Source: a virus
IMG/VR virus record: IMGVR_UViG_3300035189_000005
Location: 1 to 64,000 of that record
DNA: 64,000 bases
Strand: one strand, 5' to 3'
The translations under genes and the position numbers were made by a program. The notes beneath the pieces are model-generated. The model had not been told where the DNA came from, did not search any database, and worked only from the letters and a program-made list of their open reading frames with translations. This document shows positions 1 through 10,106 of the stretch, piece by piece (within the stretch, counting starts at the first letter, position 1; each line of letters opens with the position of its first letter).

Positions 1-904
1 TGAACATGCCAGGATCGGCCAGCTTGTGGAAATGGTTTGCCCACTTCGCCACGCTGGCCGAGTTGCCCGGTTGAATCAGGTTGGCGTAGATCTCAGCCGG
101 TGACAGCGTGTTATACGCCTTCTCCGTCTGTTGACCCCATCCGAAGATGCAGCGTCGTGCATAGCCGGTGTCGAGGAACGAATAGAACTGATCCTCGGTA
201 ATGCCACCGTCCAGCAGTTTAGCTGGGGTGCCAAATAGCAGGGCATTGGTTGGCGTCTTCCCATCCAACTCTTCACCCCGTTGGCTCTCGCTCGTGTTCT
301 TGGTCAGCTTCTGCTTGACCAGCCCCTGATCGAACAACTCAAGGTACACGTTCATGATTTCGATGTTGGCTACCATGTTGGAGCCGATCTCATCAATCTG
401 GAGGTTGATGGAACCACAGTTGGCAAGCATCAGCTTCTGCCGAAGTTGCTTCACTGCTGGTGTGGTGCCTGAGTCGAAGGTGAATGGCAAAGCCCCGGCA
501 GACCGGAACTCTTTCTCTACCTTGTCGAACTCATCCTGTTGGTCGGTGCCGTTCCGTAGGGCACGCTCATTGGCGATGTCCCACAGATGCTTGTCGGCGA
601 TGACCGGGAAGGTGTCTTCCATGAAACGCTTTTTGAAACCAGCGAGATACTCGCCCTCAACAATTGCCACTGAGTGGCCCTTGCCATAGCCCGAGGTCGC
701 CAGAGCCAACACGTAGAGGTTGACTGGGATCTCGCCACGGTCCTTCGTCACGATGGTGGCTCGCATGGAGCTAGCCATTTTCGCAAGGAAATAAGCAGCC
801 ATACCGTTGAAAAACCCACGGTCGGTGTTCTGAGTTTTGGCACACAGCACGTCTACCATCTCAGAGATGGCGGGGTGGTGCTGAACCCCAGTCAAGTCAA
901 TCAT
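1..904 (-). CDS. N4 gp43-like DNA primase-associated/DUF3987-type P-loop protein (runs off window edge)
   Basis: Not in the ORF track (no stop in window). Manual translation from ATG 904 gives MIDLTGVQHHPAISEMVDVLC...LATSGYGKGHS...LQIDEIGSN, with Walker A/B-like motifs. ATGA overlap with the upstream gene; syntenic with the N4 replication module. Confidence 0.75.
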   Translation of the reverse strand, partial: MIDLTGVQHHPAISEMVDVLCAKTQNTDRGFFNGMAAYFLAKMASSMRATIVTKDRGEIPVNLYVLALATSGYGKGHSVAIVEGEYLAGFKKRFMEDTFPVIADKHLWDIANERALRNGTDQQDEFDKVEKEFRSAGALPFTFDSGTTPAVKQLRQKLMLANCGSINLQIDEIGSNMVANIEIMNVYLELFDQGLVKQKLTKNTSESQRGEELDGKTPTNALLFGTPAKLLDGGITEDQFYSFLDTGYARRCIFGWGQQTEKAYNTLSPAEIYANLIQPGNSASVAKWANHFHKLADPGMF

Positions 905-1896
905 TGGAAGTACCGATCCTTTTGTGTGCAGATCTCGAAGCCAGGGCAATACCCGCACCGCTTCGGAGTACCCACAGTTGTGACAATGATTCCACGTCCA
1001 CCTTTGCTAGCCTGATAATCCTTGGCTTCCTGCATGGTGGAGCAGTTCTTGGTGCAGCGGCCCCCGGCCTTGAAGGTCTCTTCCTTCAGGTAGAACTTGT
1101 ACTCTGGATCACCGATCCACAGTTCTTCGTCCGTACACTCAGGCAGATTCTTTTCCGGGGTGAGCTGATGCAGCTCGATGAGCTTCAGCTTGTTCTCGAC
1201 CCACTTCTGCGACTCGCTGTCGGTCATCAGGGGGATGTCCTTATACCGGAGTCGAGATTGTGGGTAATTCGGATTCTGACGGGCGGATGCTTTCTGCCAG
1301 TCAGTGAACACGAAGTTGATACGACCGAAGTCAGCGTCGATCTTGTCCGGGTTCATCCACTTGTACAGCGACATTTGAAGCTTGTAGTCCTCGTCCTTGC
1401 CGCCATACACCCAAGTGAAGGATGTGGTGGATTTGATATCCATCACGATGCCATCGGCCACCATGTCGAACTTGCCACCCACGGTGTACTTACCGACTTT
1501 GCGGAAAGCCCGCTGTTCGACGTACACCACGATAGCCCGATCATCAGGCGACTTGCCCTTGTTGTACTCGGCGATCTCGGAGTCGGTTGGGTTGACCAGC
1601 ACACGGTTGATAACCGCAGGTGGGTAGCCCAGCTTCTTCATGTTGATCTTGTGCTTGCCATTGACCCACGACTTTTCAACAGAGTCGTGGATAGCATTGC
1701 CCAGTGCAGACGGAATCTGATCGTCCAGGTCCCGCTCTTCCTGCACCTTGTTACGACCGCCCAAGATGATGTGCCGGATCGGCTTCATCAGGGAAGTGAC
1801 CGAAATGTAGTTATCGGTCTTGATGTGGTCGTAATCGTCATTGACCAGCCAGACGGCCAGGGCCAATGGGATTTCGGTGTTGTTGGTGAAAGCCAT
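901..1896 (-). CDS. PD-(D/E)XK (Cas4/RecB-like) nuclease, N4 gp42-like
   Basis: GNAIHD, GGKFDMV...DIKST, QMSLY motifs and C-terminal CxYC..C cysteines. Start moved to MAFTNN (SD GAGG). Confidence 0.75.
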   Translation of the reverse strand: MAFTNNTEIPLALAVWLVNDDYDHIKTDNYISVTSLMKPIRHIILGGRNKVQEERDLDDQIPSALGNAIHDSVEKSWVNGKHKINMKKLGYPPAVINRVLVNPTDSEIAEYNKGKSPDDRAIVVYVEQRAFRKVGKYTVGGKFDMVADGIVMDIKSTTSFTWVYGGKDEDYKLQMSLYKWMNPDKIDADFGRINFVFTDWQKASARQNPNYPQSRLRYKDIPLMTDSESQKWVENKLKLIELHQLTPEKNLPECTDEELWIGDPEYKFYLKEETFKAGGRCTKNCSTMQEAKDYQASKGGRGIIVTTVGTPKRCGYCPGFEICTQKDRYFQ

Positions 1897-1942
1897 GAGG
1901 CTATACCTCTTCAAGCGGGGCCACGGTTGTAGCCCCTTTGGT

Positions 1943-2200
1943 TCAGGCTTTTGGCTCTACTTCGCCCATCAGTGCGATGTAGCGATTGAGCGTGTCACGC
2001 GCTTCCGTGACATCCTTCAGCATCGACTTGCCACCGCTACGCACACCGGGCACCAGCAATTTCTTACGAGCATGCTCCAGGCAGCCGGTGTGGTCGTCGA
2101 GTGGGAACATCAGGTTGATGGCGTACACGTCGATGGCGTTTGGATCGACCGACTCAGGAAGTGCCTTGTAATACTTCGGGTACTTCTCGGCGAGGCTCAT
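1943..2200 (-). CDS. conserved phage hypothetical protein
   Basis: 85 aa ORF in the operon; IDVY...HARKKLL...G.R.GGKS..KD..EA pattern typical of small phage proteins. Confidence 0.6.
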   Translation of the reverse strand: MSLAEKYPKYYKALPESVDPNAIDVYAINLMFPLDDHTGCLEHARKKLLVPGVRSGGKSMLKDVTEARDTLNRYIALMGEVEPKA

Positions 2201-2527
2201 TTACTGAGCCTGCGCTTGTGCGGTCGCTGCCTTGGGGGCAGAAGCCAGGGGGTCTTGGCCGAAGAACTCGGTTGCAGTCATCTCGCCCAGGTGGACGATG
2301 TTTACCAGCAGGACGTCACGCACGATCACTTCGCCTTCCTGCACACGCTGATGCAGTGCTTGCTGCAAGGACTGCTGGGCGATACCCAGAGCCTTGGTCG
2401 TGATGCGGCCATCAGCCGTGGTCAGCACGCAGTTCAGGTTGGAAGCACCCAGTTCATCTGGGGTTTCAGCCTTTGCGTAAACCAGTTCGCCATAGACCAA
2501 ATGGTAGTGCTGCTTCTGTTCAGACAT
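2201..2527 (-). CDS. hypothetical protein
   Basis: ORF with SD GGAG before MSEQKQ, tightly packed in the operon. Confidence 0.6.
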   Translation of the reverse strand: MSEQKQHYHLVYGELVYAKAETPDELGASNLNCVLTTADGRITTKALGIAQQSLQQALHQRVQEGEVIVRDVLLVNIVHLGEMTATEFFGQDPLASAPKAATAQAQAQ

Positions 2528-2855
2528 TTTGACTCTCCGTTTGGCGGGTAACACCCCGCGTTACGTGGATGTACGTGTAGCCCAGTCGCCGGGAGTTGCC
2601 GGATGGACTGGTGAACAACACGTCGTTTTCGAGCAAGCCCAGAGGCCAGCCCTCAGTTTTGTTGCTGGTGAGAACCAAAGAAAGAACACCGTCTTTGGTC
2701 ACCCACTGGTGGGTCAACTCATCCACAAGGCCCGTGTCCAGAGACACGTCCACCTTCCGCACTTCGGACTTCACATGCCAGAGTTCCAGGGCAATATCGT
2801 CGATGACGATGGTCCGGGTGTACGGTACGCCTCGTGATGCTTCGTCTTTGATCAT
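2520..2855 (-). CDS. hypothetical protein
   Basis: ATGA overlap with the polymerase stop; fills the gap in the operon. Confidence 0.55.
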   Translation of the reverse strand: MIKDEASRGVPYTRTIVIDDIALELWHVKSEVRKVDVSLDTGLVDELTHQWVTKDGVLSLVLTSNKTEGWPLGLLENDVLFTSPSGNSRRLGYTYIHVTRGVTRQTESQNV

Positions 2856-5473
2856 GCTGCTTTCTTCTCTGCAAGTTTCGCCATGTGCTTCTCGACTCGA
2901 TCCAAGATCTCATCGTCATTCGCACCATTGGGTATCTCCATCTCTTCTGCCCAGGTTGGGTAGAACAGGGAGAGTTCACCTCCCAGGCCAACGTCCGGGT
3001 GGGCAATGTCTGGATGGTCTTGCCAGTTTACGGCTTTCACAATGATCCGGTGCAGGAACTGAACAGTCGGCATGTCATCCTTGACCAAGTAATACTGGGC
3101 ATCATGGATGTGGGCACATGGTCTAATATTCAAGCGGTACTCAGGGTGAGCCCGCACTTGCTCCATTACCTCACTGGCTGCCCGACTGTTGAGTAGGCAC
3201 CAGCTTTGTCCCAGGGCATTACCCGCTGTCCGTCCTTCAGCTTCTGCTTCGAACGGTGTTGCACGGATGCCACGGATTACCTGACCGAGTAATGGAGTAC
3301 GGACCCGCAGACCGAAGGCCGCAGTGATATACCCATCTCTCGATGCTTGATTCAGCTTGCCTTGTACCCAGTCGATGCTGACCTTGTAGAGCTGTTTGTA
3401 GCTGTTCTCTACCGCCTTGGCTTCTGTTTCGCTGAAGCCGCAGTTTTTCATCAAGGTGATGTACGTTCCCTGATAGGTCAGTGCAAACGTCGGTGCCTTG
3501 GACTTGCCACGAAGAGCTTCGTAGGGTCCACCCTTGTTTGCGATGGAGTTGATACTCTCCACGGTGTCCACGATGCCGATGCACTTTTCGGGCCAATAGC
3601 TGAATGTGCGTAGGCAGTGACCGTCGTAGCCATCGGTATAAACCTTCAGCTTGTTCGGGTCTTTCGTGGTGAGTGCACTGATTCGGTCTTCCAATGAAGC
3701 GAAGTCCAGGCCCATGAACAACCAGCCTGGTGGGGCTTGGATGCAGGACTTGATCAGCTTGGCGTACTTGCTGCTTGCTGGCAGGTTCTGCAAGTTCGGC
3801 TTCGATGACGACAGCCGACCAGATACCGTGCCTCCCAGGTTGAAGTTCCCGAACATGTAGTGCCAGCCTTCCGGGCCTTCCACTGACCGTTCCAGTGCTG
3901 GAATGAAGCTGGTCAGTATTTTGTCCACAGCCACGAAGTCCAGCATGGCATTGAGCAGGTCAATGATCAGTTGGTTCGTTGTGTGGTTACGCAGTGCCTT
4001 GAGCGTGTCACCATCAGTAGACGGTGCCTTGCTCTTGGTCTTCGACAGAATCGGCAATGCCAATACCTCGAACAACAGCTTTTGCACTTGAGGATCAGAG
4101 TTCGGGTTGAAGACTTCCTTGGCATCAGCCATGGATACCCGCTTGACCTTCAGCTCACTGTTTCGTTTGCGCACCCAGTCCTCATTGAGAGTGTGGGTGA
4201 ACTCCTGAACCAATGGGTTACCTTGGATCTTGGCTATTGCTGCGTTGAAGTCCGCCTCAAGAATCTTGCGAACCTCCTTCACCCGGACCATGTTCACCGG
4301 CAGGCCGGTCAATTGCATCTGGATGATGTCAGCAGTGGCTGGCTTGAAGAGCGTGGTATAGATCTCTTCTTGCTGATCCTTCTGCATGTTGGTGAAGTGC
4401 TTGCTGTGCACGAACCAAGTGGCAAGACTATCCACAAGGTTGTATTCCAACAGGACTGCTGGCTTGATCCGGGTGATGTCCTTGATTTCCTCTTGGGCAT
4501 AGTTCCCGGCGAACTCCTGGGATTGGTCCTTAAGGCCCAGCTTGTTTCCTGAACAGCTATTGGTTGCCAGATAGGTCACCAACTTCGTGCAGTCCCAGTT
4601 CTTGAGCATGACGCTCAGCCCTTCCAACAGTCCTTCGGTGTCGCCCGTATCCTTCATGAACAACTGATAGATCAGGGCATACACGTCGAACGCAATGTTG
4701 TGATAGATCTGCTTCTCTGCCATCTGACAGAAGAATTTCTTCAGCAGATCCCGCACTTCATAGTTTGGGACGTTGTAGCCGAATGGTGCTTCGGTTGCTC
4801 CATCGATTGGACGGTAGTCAACCAAGAAAGCAATCCCCTCGTGCTTGTTCCAGGCGAAACTGATTGAACCTATCCCACACTTGTCGTGCTTCAGGTCAAA
4901 GCCTTCGATGTCGATGGTTAATGGAACATTCATCGCCAACAGTTTGTCGAGCCAAACGGCAATTGCCTGGGTGCCCTCGGGGTACTCGGCAAAGTGAATG
5001 ATGCTCTTGCCGGGATCTTCATAGGTCCCCTCGGCACAAGTCCGCAGAGCACCCATGACCTGATCAATCTTGGCTTTCACCTTGATTGGGTCATAGAACA
5101 TCTGGCGATAGTTCGGGATGTAGAAGACCTTGAAGCTACCGAACTCACTATCACAGGCATAACCAAGAAACGGTTCTGCCTTGGCCTGTTTGGTCAGTGC
5201 TTTGAAATACTCACTGTCCGCACACATGACGAACTGACTGCTAGTATCTTTCAACACCGGTGCCAATACATCGGTGATGTACTGACGCATCATAGCCATT
5301 GGGGTTTTCTTCTTCCCTGGCTCTTGGAATAGATCCAGGAAGAGTACGGAGTCAAGATCAACCCCGTATGGATCGAGATACACTTTCCGCATTTCATCCT
5401 TCTTGAGCTGAGGCACAAGGAAGGTGATGGGGTAGGCCGATTGCTCGACCTGACTGTAGATCAGGTGATGCAT
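2852..5473 (-). CDS. DNA polymerase family A with 3'-5' exonuclease (N4 gp39-like)
   Basis: DIE exonuclease motif, TVSGRLSSSKPNLQN, DFASLE, R..SKAPTFALTYQG, HIHDA. Confidence 0.97.
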   Translation of the reverse strand: MHHLIYSQVEQSAYPITFLVPQLKKDEMRKVYLDPYGVDLDSVLFLDLFQEPGKKKTPMAMMRQYITDVLAPVLKDTSSQFVMCADSEYFKALTKQAKAEPFLGYACDSEFGSFKVFYIPNYRQMFYDPIKVKAKIDQVMGALRTCAEGTYEDPGKSIIHFAEYPEGTQAIAVWLDKLLAMNVPLTIDIEGFDLKHDKCGIGSISFAWNKHEGIAFLVDYRPIDGATEAPFGYNVPNYEVRDLLKKFFCQMAEKQIYHNIAFDVYALIYQLFMKDTGDTEGLLEGLSVMLKNWDCTKLVTYLATNSCSGNKLGLKDQSQEFAGNYAQEEIKDITRIKPAVLLEYNLVDSLATWFVHSKHFTNMQKDQQEEIYTTLFKPATADIIQMQLTGLPVNMVRVKEVRKILEADFNAAIAKIQGNPLVQEFTHTLNEDWVRKRNSELKVKRVSMADAKEVFNPNSDPQVQKLLFEVLALPILSKTKSKAPSTDGDTLKALRNHTTNQLIIDLLNAMLDFVAVDKILTSFIPALERSVEGPEGWHYMFGNFNLGGTVSGRLSSSKPNLQNLPASSKYAKLIKSCIQAPPGWLFMGLDFASLEDRISALTTKDPNKLKVYTDGYDGHCLRTFSYWPEKCIGIVDTVESINSIANKGGPYEALRGKSKAPTFALTYQGTYITLMKNCGFSETEAKAVENSYKQLYKVSIDWVQGKLNQASRDGYITAAFGLRVRTPLLGQVIRGIRATPFEAEAEGRTAGNALGQSWCLLNSRAASEVMEQVRAHPEYRLNIRPCAHIHDAQYYLVKDDMPTVQFLHRIIVKAVNWQDHPDIAHPDVGLGGELSLFYPTWAEEMEIPNGANDDEILDRVEKHMAKLAEKKAA

Positions 5474-5489
5474 GTTGTTCCCCTTTGGC

Positions 5490-6005
5490 TCAGAAGATCA
5501 GCCGACAGGCTAGATAGAATTCCATCTTAGGCAGCAGTTTTTCAAACTGCCGACGGAACCGTTCGTCTTTTGGTGCCATGTGATGCTCACCATGAATCCT
5601 TGGCATTGCTGCCAACCTCGGAACCAATGGGAGTAAACAGGCAGGCAAGGTGTCCCGCACTTCCTGCTCAGTCATGCAGTTGTATAGCATGGTGAAAAGG
5701 ATTTGCTGGATGTGGGCTTTGTCCATATCCACTTGAGCCCTGTCTTGTAGATACTCTTCCATCAACGAATTCAAACTGAAGGTCAATGTTGGATAAGCTC
5801 CACCGGCTGTACCACCTTTGAGGTAGGTATCGTTGGAATGCTGGTACACCTGCCCTTTGAACATGAACCAACTGTGGGTGGACTTGGTGCTCGTTTTGTT
5901 CTCTTGAACTATACGATTCACTTCCTTGGTCAGCCGAGCCTCTTCACCTGAGAACATCTCAGTGATGATGAGTCCGACCAGTTTGTGCATCTGATTCTTT
6001 TCCAC
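5490..6005 (-). CDS. conserved N4-like hypothetical protein (gp38-like position)
   Basis: ORF between helicase and polymerase; start codon uncertain. Confidence 0.6.
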   Translation of the reverse strand: MEKNQMHKLVGLIITEMFSGEEARLTKEVNRIVQENKTSTKSTHSWFMFKGQVYQHSNDTYLKGGTAGGAYPTLTFSLNSLMEEYLQDRAQVDMDKAHIQQILFTMLYNCMTEQEVRDTLPACLLPLVPRLAAMPRIHGEHHMAPKDERFRRQFEKLLPKMEFYLACRLIF

Positions 6006-6010
6006 GGGGA

Positions 6011-7315
6011 TTACTCCGCAGGGATGATCCAACCGAACTTGCTTACCAGTTCGCCATGCAGTGCAACTCGTACACGAGCACGGGACACGGCCACGTAAAT
6101 CAAACGTGCAGCTTGCTCCGGGTCACGGCAGGTCGAAATATCCGACAAGTCGATGTACACGGTGTCATGGCTGCTGCCTTGGGCCTTGTAACTGGTGCAG
6201 GCATCACGCTGACGCAGATCTGGATACGTGTTCTTCAGATAGAAGTAACGGTTCCAGTTACGCATCTTGGCGTAATACTTGATCAGTTTGTCGAAGTGGT
6301 CACGATCAACAGGAACTGGGATACCTGCATACAACTCACCCAGTTTGTTTTCCAACGTGGCGAACCGAACTTCTAATTCCACGTTGTCGTCGATCTCATC
6401 CATCGACGAAGTGCGATCCAGATCAAAGATCCGAACTTCCTCTTCGACGGACAGACGCCCACCTTTCACTTGAAGGGCATTGTTGCTGATCAGCCATTCA
6501 CCCTTCTGGAAGTCTTCCGGCAGGTTACGCACCTGACGAATGAAGGCGTTGTAATCCAGCACCCTTTGGTTCGTGTAGGTGATGATCCGGTTGTTGTGAC
6601 CAGGATCGGCGAAGTTGGCGATGATCTCTGCTTCGAACTCTTCGTCGGTCAGGTGATCGATGATGCCCGGAACCAACTGGATACCAGTGAACTCCCCGGT
6701 CTCCACCGTGCGACGGAACTGTTTGTTCAGCTCGTGCAGGGCAGGAACGTTGGTCCGCATTGGTTCAGTCAGTTCGTAGAACTTGATGCCTTCGGTGTAG
6801 ATGACCGAGATCTTTTCCTTCACCGGGGCCAACTGACAGTGGTCACCGACGAATACCACTTTGCAGTTCAGCGTGCCTTCACGGATGAACTTACGCAGTG
6901 ATTTGTCGATCATGGAGCACTCATCGATAAAGATGATGAGGTTCTCATGGACCATCCACTGTTTGGTCTTGGTGATCTCCTGACGACCGGTTGCATAGTC
7001 ATCAGTCACCTTGAGGTTGAAGAAGCTGTGTACCGTCGAGACACTCCGACCAGTAGACAGGTGCAGTACCTCGGCAGCCTTGTTCGTGGTTGCCGTCATG
7101 ATGACGCCACGGTAAAGCGGCTTGATACCGGCCAGCTCACAGGCCCCTTCGTATTGCGGCATGATCTCATCGATCATGTGGCCCATCAGGAAGGTCTTGC
7201 CTACCCCACCTGGGCCAGAGATGTTCAGTTCTTTTTCATCACTGAACAGGAATTCAAAGAATCCCACGGAAGCCAGAGTCTGGCCCTCGTTCAGCTTAGA
7301 TGGTGCAGTTTCCAT
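6011..7315 (-). CDS. SF1B (Dda/RecD-like) DNA helicase
   Basis: GPGGVGKT, ATTNKAA, IDECSM, GDHCQLAPV, YKAQGSS, YVAVSRAR. Confidence 0.95.
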   Translation of the reverse strand: METAPSKLNEGQTLASVGFFEFLFSDEKELNISGPGGVGKTFLMGHMIDEIMPQYEGACELAGIKPLYRGVIMTATTNKAAEVLHLSTGRSVSTVHSFFNLKVTDDYATGRQEITKTKQWMVHENLIIFIDECSMIDKSLRKFIREGTLNCKVVFVGDHCQLAPVKEKISVIYTEGIKFYELTEPMRTNVPALHELNKQFRRTVETGEFTGIQLVPGIIDHLTDEEFEAEIIANFADPGHNNRIITYTNQRVLDYNAFIRQVRNLPEDFQKGEWLISNNALQVKGGRLSVEEEVRIFDLDRTSSMDEIDDNVELEVRFATLENKLGELYAGIPVPVDRDHFDKLIKYYAKMRNWNRYFYLKNTYPDLRQRDACTSYKAQGSSHDTVYIDLSDISTCRDPEQAARLIYVAVSRARVRVALHGELVSKFGWIIPAE

Positions 7316-7332
7316 GATGGTCCCTCTAACGG

Positions 7333-7360
7333 AAAAGCCCCCTACAGTGAGGGGGCTCTT
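7333..7360 (-). terminator. intrinsic terminator
   Basis: AGCCCCCT/AGGGGGCT stem followed by TTTT on the minus strand. Confidence 0.75.
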
Positions 7361-7374
7361 GATGTGATTGCCGA

Positions 7375-7842
7375 TTACTTCTTCGGCAGATACGGGTCGA
7401 GAACAGCGATGCTGTAGTTTGGACCCTTCATGACCTTCTTGTTCTCGTTGAAGATCGGGTTGCCCTCAGCGTCGAACTTGCTGAAGTTGGAGCGGTTGAC
7501 TTCGGTCATAGCACCGACGACATCGTAGCCTTCGGTGTAACCGACGCCAGTGGCCGTAACGATCTGGTCGCAGATGGCATCCAGATACAGGTTATGGTCA
7601 TTGACGTGAACCTGCATGGTGCCTGCCTTGATACCTTCAGCCAGGGCCGACAGGTTACGGCGAGCTGCCATCAGGTGTGGCAGGGTCTTGGAGTCAGCAC
7701 CCAATGCATCGAGCATCTCGACGACTTCTTCCAGGTGCACACCCAGTTGGGTGGAACGATCCTTGTCGGTTGGATTTGGACGGGCTTTCTGGAACCAAGT
7801 GTAGGTATCCAGCAGGGTGCATTGATCAAACGACTTGTTCAT
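7375..7842 (-). CDS. MazG-like NTP pyrophosphohydrolase
   Basis: EEVVE...DAICDQIV...EVNRSNFSK...KVMKGPNY. Confidence 0.88.
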   Translation of the reverse strand: MNKSFDQCTLLDTYTWFQKARPNPTDKDRSTQLGVHLEEVVEMLDALGADSKTLPHLMAARRNLSALAEGIKAGTMQVHVNDHNLYLDAICDQIVTATGVGYTEGYDVVGAMTEVNRSNFSKFDAEGNPIFNENKKVMKGPNYSIAVLDPYLPKK

Positions 7843-8158
7843 TGGTTTGTTGCTCCGGTTGGTTCCGCTCGTATTCAGTGATGAGCAGATCCTTTACAAA
7901 GGTGGCGACATGCTTTCCAGCGTGAAGCTGGTCTGCAAGCCATTCTTGTTGTGGCAATGTCAGATTCATGAAGACATCCTCCATGAACGTGCGACGGGTA
8001 TCCGATGGCTCCACGCCAAGACGACGTAGACGCAGGGTGACCGAAGTCGGGTGACACCCCAGGACTCTCGCAATCGTAGCCAAAGAAAGGCCGACGCTAT
8101 TGAGACGGATCACATCCCCGTCAATGATTTTGCGATTGACTCGCTTCAACTCAGACAT
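7826..8158 (-). CDS. helix-turn-helix DNA-binding protein (N4 gp35-like)
   Basis: GLSLATIARVLGCHPTSVTLRL HTH; SD GGAGG before MSELKR. Confidence 0.75.
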   Translation of the reverse strand: MSELKRVNRKIIDGDVIRLNSVGLSLATIARVLGCHPTSVTLRLRRLGVEPSDTRRTFMEDVFMNLTLPQQEWLADQLHAGKHVATFVKDLLITEYERNQPEQQTNEQVV

Positions 8159-8170
8159 TGCACACCTCCA

Positions 8171-8209
8171 ATAAAAGATGCCTCTAGCGTACATCACTAG
8201 AGGCATCTT
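8171..8209 (-). terminator. intrinsic terminator after rIIB
   Basis: AAGATGCCTCTAG/CTAGAGGCATCTT stem followed by TTATT on the minus strand. Confidence 0.75.
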
Positions 8210-8220
8210 AGTACACGGTG

Positions 8221-10092
8221 TTACTTCAGGTGCTTAGCCAGATCGTCGCCAGCATCAGCAGACAGACCCAGGGCTTCCCATCCTTTCTTGGCCTTCTTCT
8301 TGAAGTTCATCACGGATTGAGCATTCGTCCGTGATGGGTCCTTCTTGAATTCAGCCCAGAGCTTGATGGCCTGTTCGGCCTGAGTCAGCTTCCCAGGCAC
8401 TTGGTTGGGAATGCTTGGGGCTCTCAGCGTACTGTCAGCTCTTTTGGTGGGTGCCTTGCCTTTGGTCCTTGACGCCGAACTGGAATCAGCCTTCTTCACC
8501 TTCACAGGCTTGACGGCTTTCTTCACAGCCTTGGTTTCCAGGACAGGTTCGCCATTGGCTACCAGACCGATGGCCTTGTCGAAGATTGGAGCTGCCACAC
8601 CCAGGTCAATCCAGCTACGCTTCGAGGACTTCTTGTAGTCAACCAGTGCTTTCGCATTCGCGTAGCACGGGTTCTTCTCGAATTCCTCGACCAGCACGTC
8701 AACTGGACGGCGTTTGCTACCTGGAACAGCAGCATTATGCACCGTCTCAGTGGCAGGTTCATCGGCATTGGTCTGAACCAACTGGTCACGGTTACCCAGG
8801 CCCAGGTCACGAGCATCCACCATAGCTGCTTCAGCGTTTACTTCTGGCAGGCTGTCCAGGGATTGAGCTGACAGGCTTTCGTCCATCACCACTTCAGTAG
8901 CTGCACCTACTGGTGTGATGATCAGACCCGCACCGTACTGACCAGTGATCTCGACGGTCTCGATCACTGCGGTGTGGTTACCGGCCATGACATTGCCCAG
9001 TAGGGTTTTGTCATTGAGTGGCTTGTTGTAGGTCACTGCATCGTGATCTGCCTGGGTCAGCTCGGCCACAATGAAGTAGCCCTTGGCACGCAGTTTCCGT
9101 GCATCACTGTGTGGAACAGCGATGACATCTTCAGGTGCCAGCTTGCACAGCACGCAGACGTTGCCACTGAAGGAACTCAGGTAGTCACGTCGAGCGATGT
9201 GCAGACCGTTGGAGCAGTCACGGCTACGGTTCGGGTCAACCAGCTTCTCGGCCATGAAGACCTTGGAGCCAACCCGTTGCTTGACCTTCTTGCTGTGGCA
9301 ATCCACATACCCGTCGCCATCACGCATCAGACGTTTGTACACCAGTACGGTGCCGTCATCAGCGATTGGCAGTTCGCCTTTCTCCATGAACTTCAGGAGA
9401 TCGGCTACCGAGTGAGCACGCTCAACGGTTGCCAGACGGCGGAAGAAGTTCGTCACACCGGTAGCCGAACCCATCTTGGCAGCCAGGGCCTGCAATTGGA
9501 CTTCGATTTGATCGACGCCCGGAATCACAGTTTTCCCGTCAACGATAGCCACAACAGTGGTGTTGTCGTCTTCCACCTGGAATGCAACAGTTTCGGAGCT
9601 GGCCGCATTTGCCATGATTTCGGCAACTGCTGCTTCACCACGGGTTTGTACTGGGCTTTGTTCATCGACATCGCCCTCCACATCCAGTTCGATGGGCGCA
9701 GCAACCGGTTGGGCCAGTTGGTTCACCAGTTGTTCGGTCTTTTCCAGAGCCGACTCTTTTTCAGGCAGATTGCCCACCTTGATTGGCAAGATCGGTTCAG
9801 CGAACTTCTGCACGATCTCGGCCAGCTTGGCCTTGGCAACGCGGAAGAACTTGACGAAGCCATTCATCGACTTCTCGGCTTCCGCATAGTGGCTGTGAAG
9901 GGTGAAGTCTTCGTCGTTCAGGTCCACGAACACAGGCTCACCACGGGCTTGCTTGCGTTCCAGTTCCGGTACGACCTTGCTGACCAGATCGCGAATGCGA
10001 GGGTCACCCTGGGGGATGATGATGGTCTGGCCGTCGGCCTTATACATCGTCAGGTTTTGCGTATCAACGATGACGCAGATGATGCGGGTCAT
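8221..10092 (-). CDS. rIIB: rIIB-like protein
   Basis: LPIADDGTVLVYK...DCHS...DPNRSRDCSNGLH...PEDVIAVP core; follows rIIA. Confidence 0.9.
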   Translation of the reverse strand: MTRIICVIVDTQNLTMYKADGQTIIIPQGDPRIRDLVSKVVPELERKQARGEPVFVDLNDEDFTLHSHYAEAEKSMNGFVKFFRVAKAKLAEIVQKFAEPILPIKVGNLPEKESALEKTEQLVNQLAQPVAAPIELDVEGDVDEQSPVQTRGEAAVAEIMANAASSETVAFQVEDDNTTVVAIVDGKTVIPGVDQIEVQLQALAAKMGSATGVTNFFRRLATVERAHSVADLLKFMEKGELPIADDGTVLVYKRLMRDGDGYVDCHSKKVKQRVGSKVFMAEKLVDPNRSRDCSNGLHIARRDYLSSFSGNVCVLCKLAPEDVIAVPHSDARKLRAKGYFIVAELTQADHDAVTYNKPLNDKTLLGNVMAGNHTAVIETVEITGQYGAGLIITPVGAATEVVMDESLSAQSLDSLPEVNAEAAMVDARDLGLGNRDQLVQTNADEPATETVHNAAVPGSKRRPVDVLVEEFEKNPCYANAKALVDYKKSSKRSWIDLGVAAPIFDKAIGLVANGEPVLETKAVKKAVKPVKVKKADSSSASRTKGKAPTKRADSTLRAPSIPNQVPGKLTQAEQAIKLWAEFKKDPSRTNAQSVMNFKKKAKKGWEALGLSADAGDDLAKHLK

Positions 10093-10106
10093 GTGAAAAA
10101 TCCTCG

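Noticed and set aside
901-1896. Cas4-like nuclease as evidence of CRISPR
   Set aside because: It is a conserved replication-module nuclease of N4-like phages; no array or other cas genes are present.
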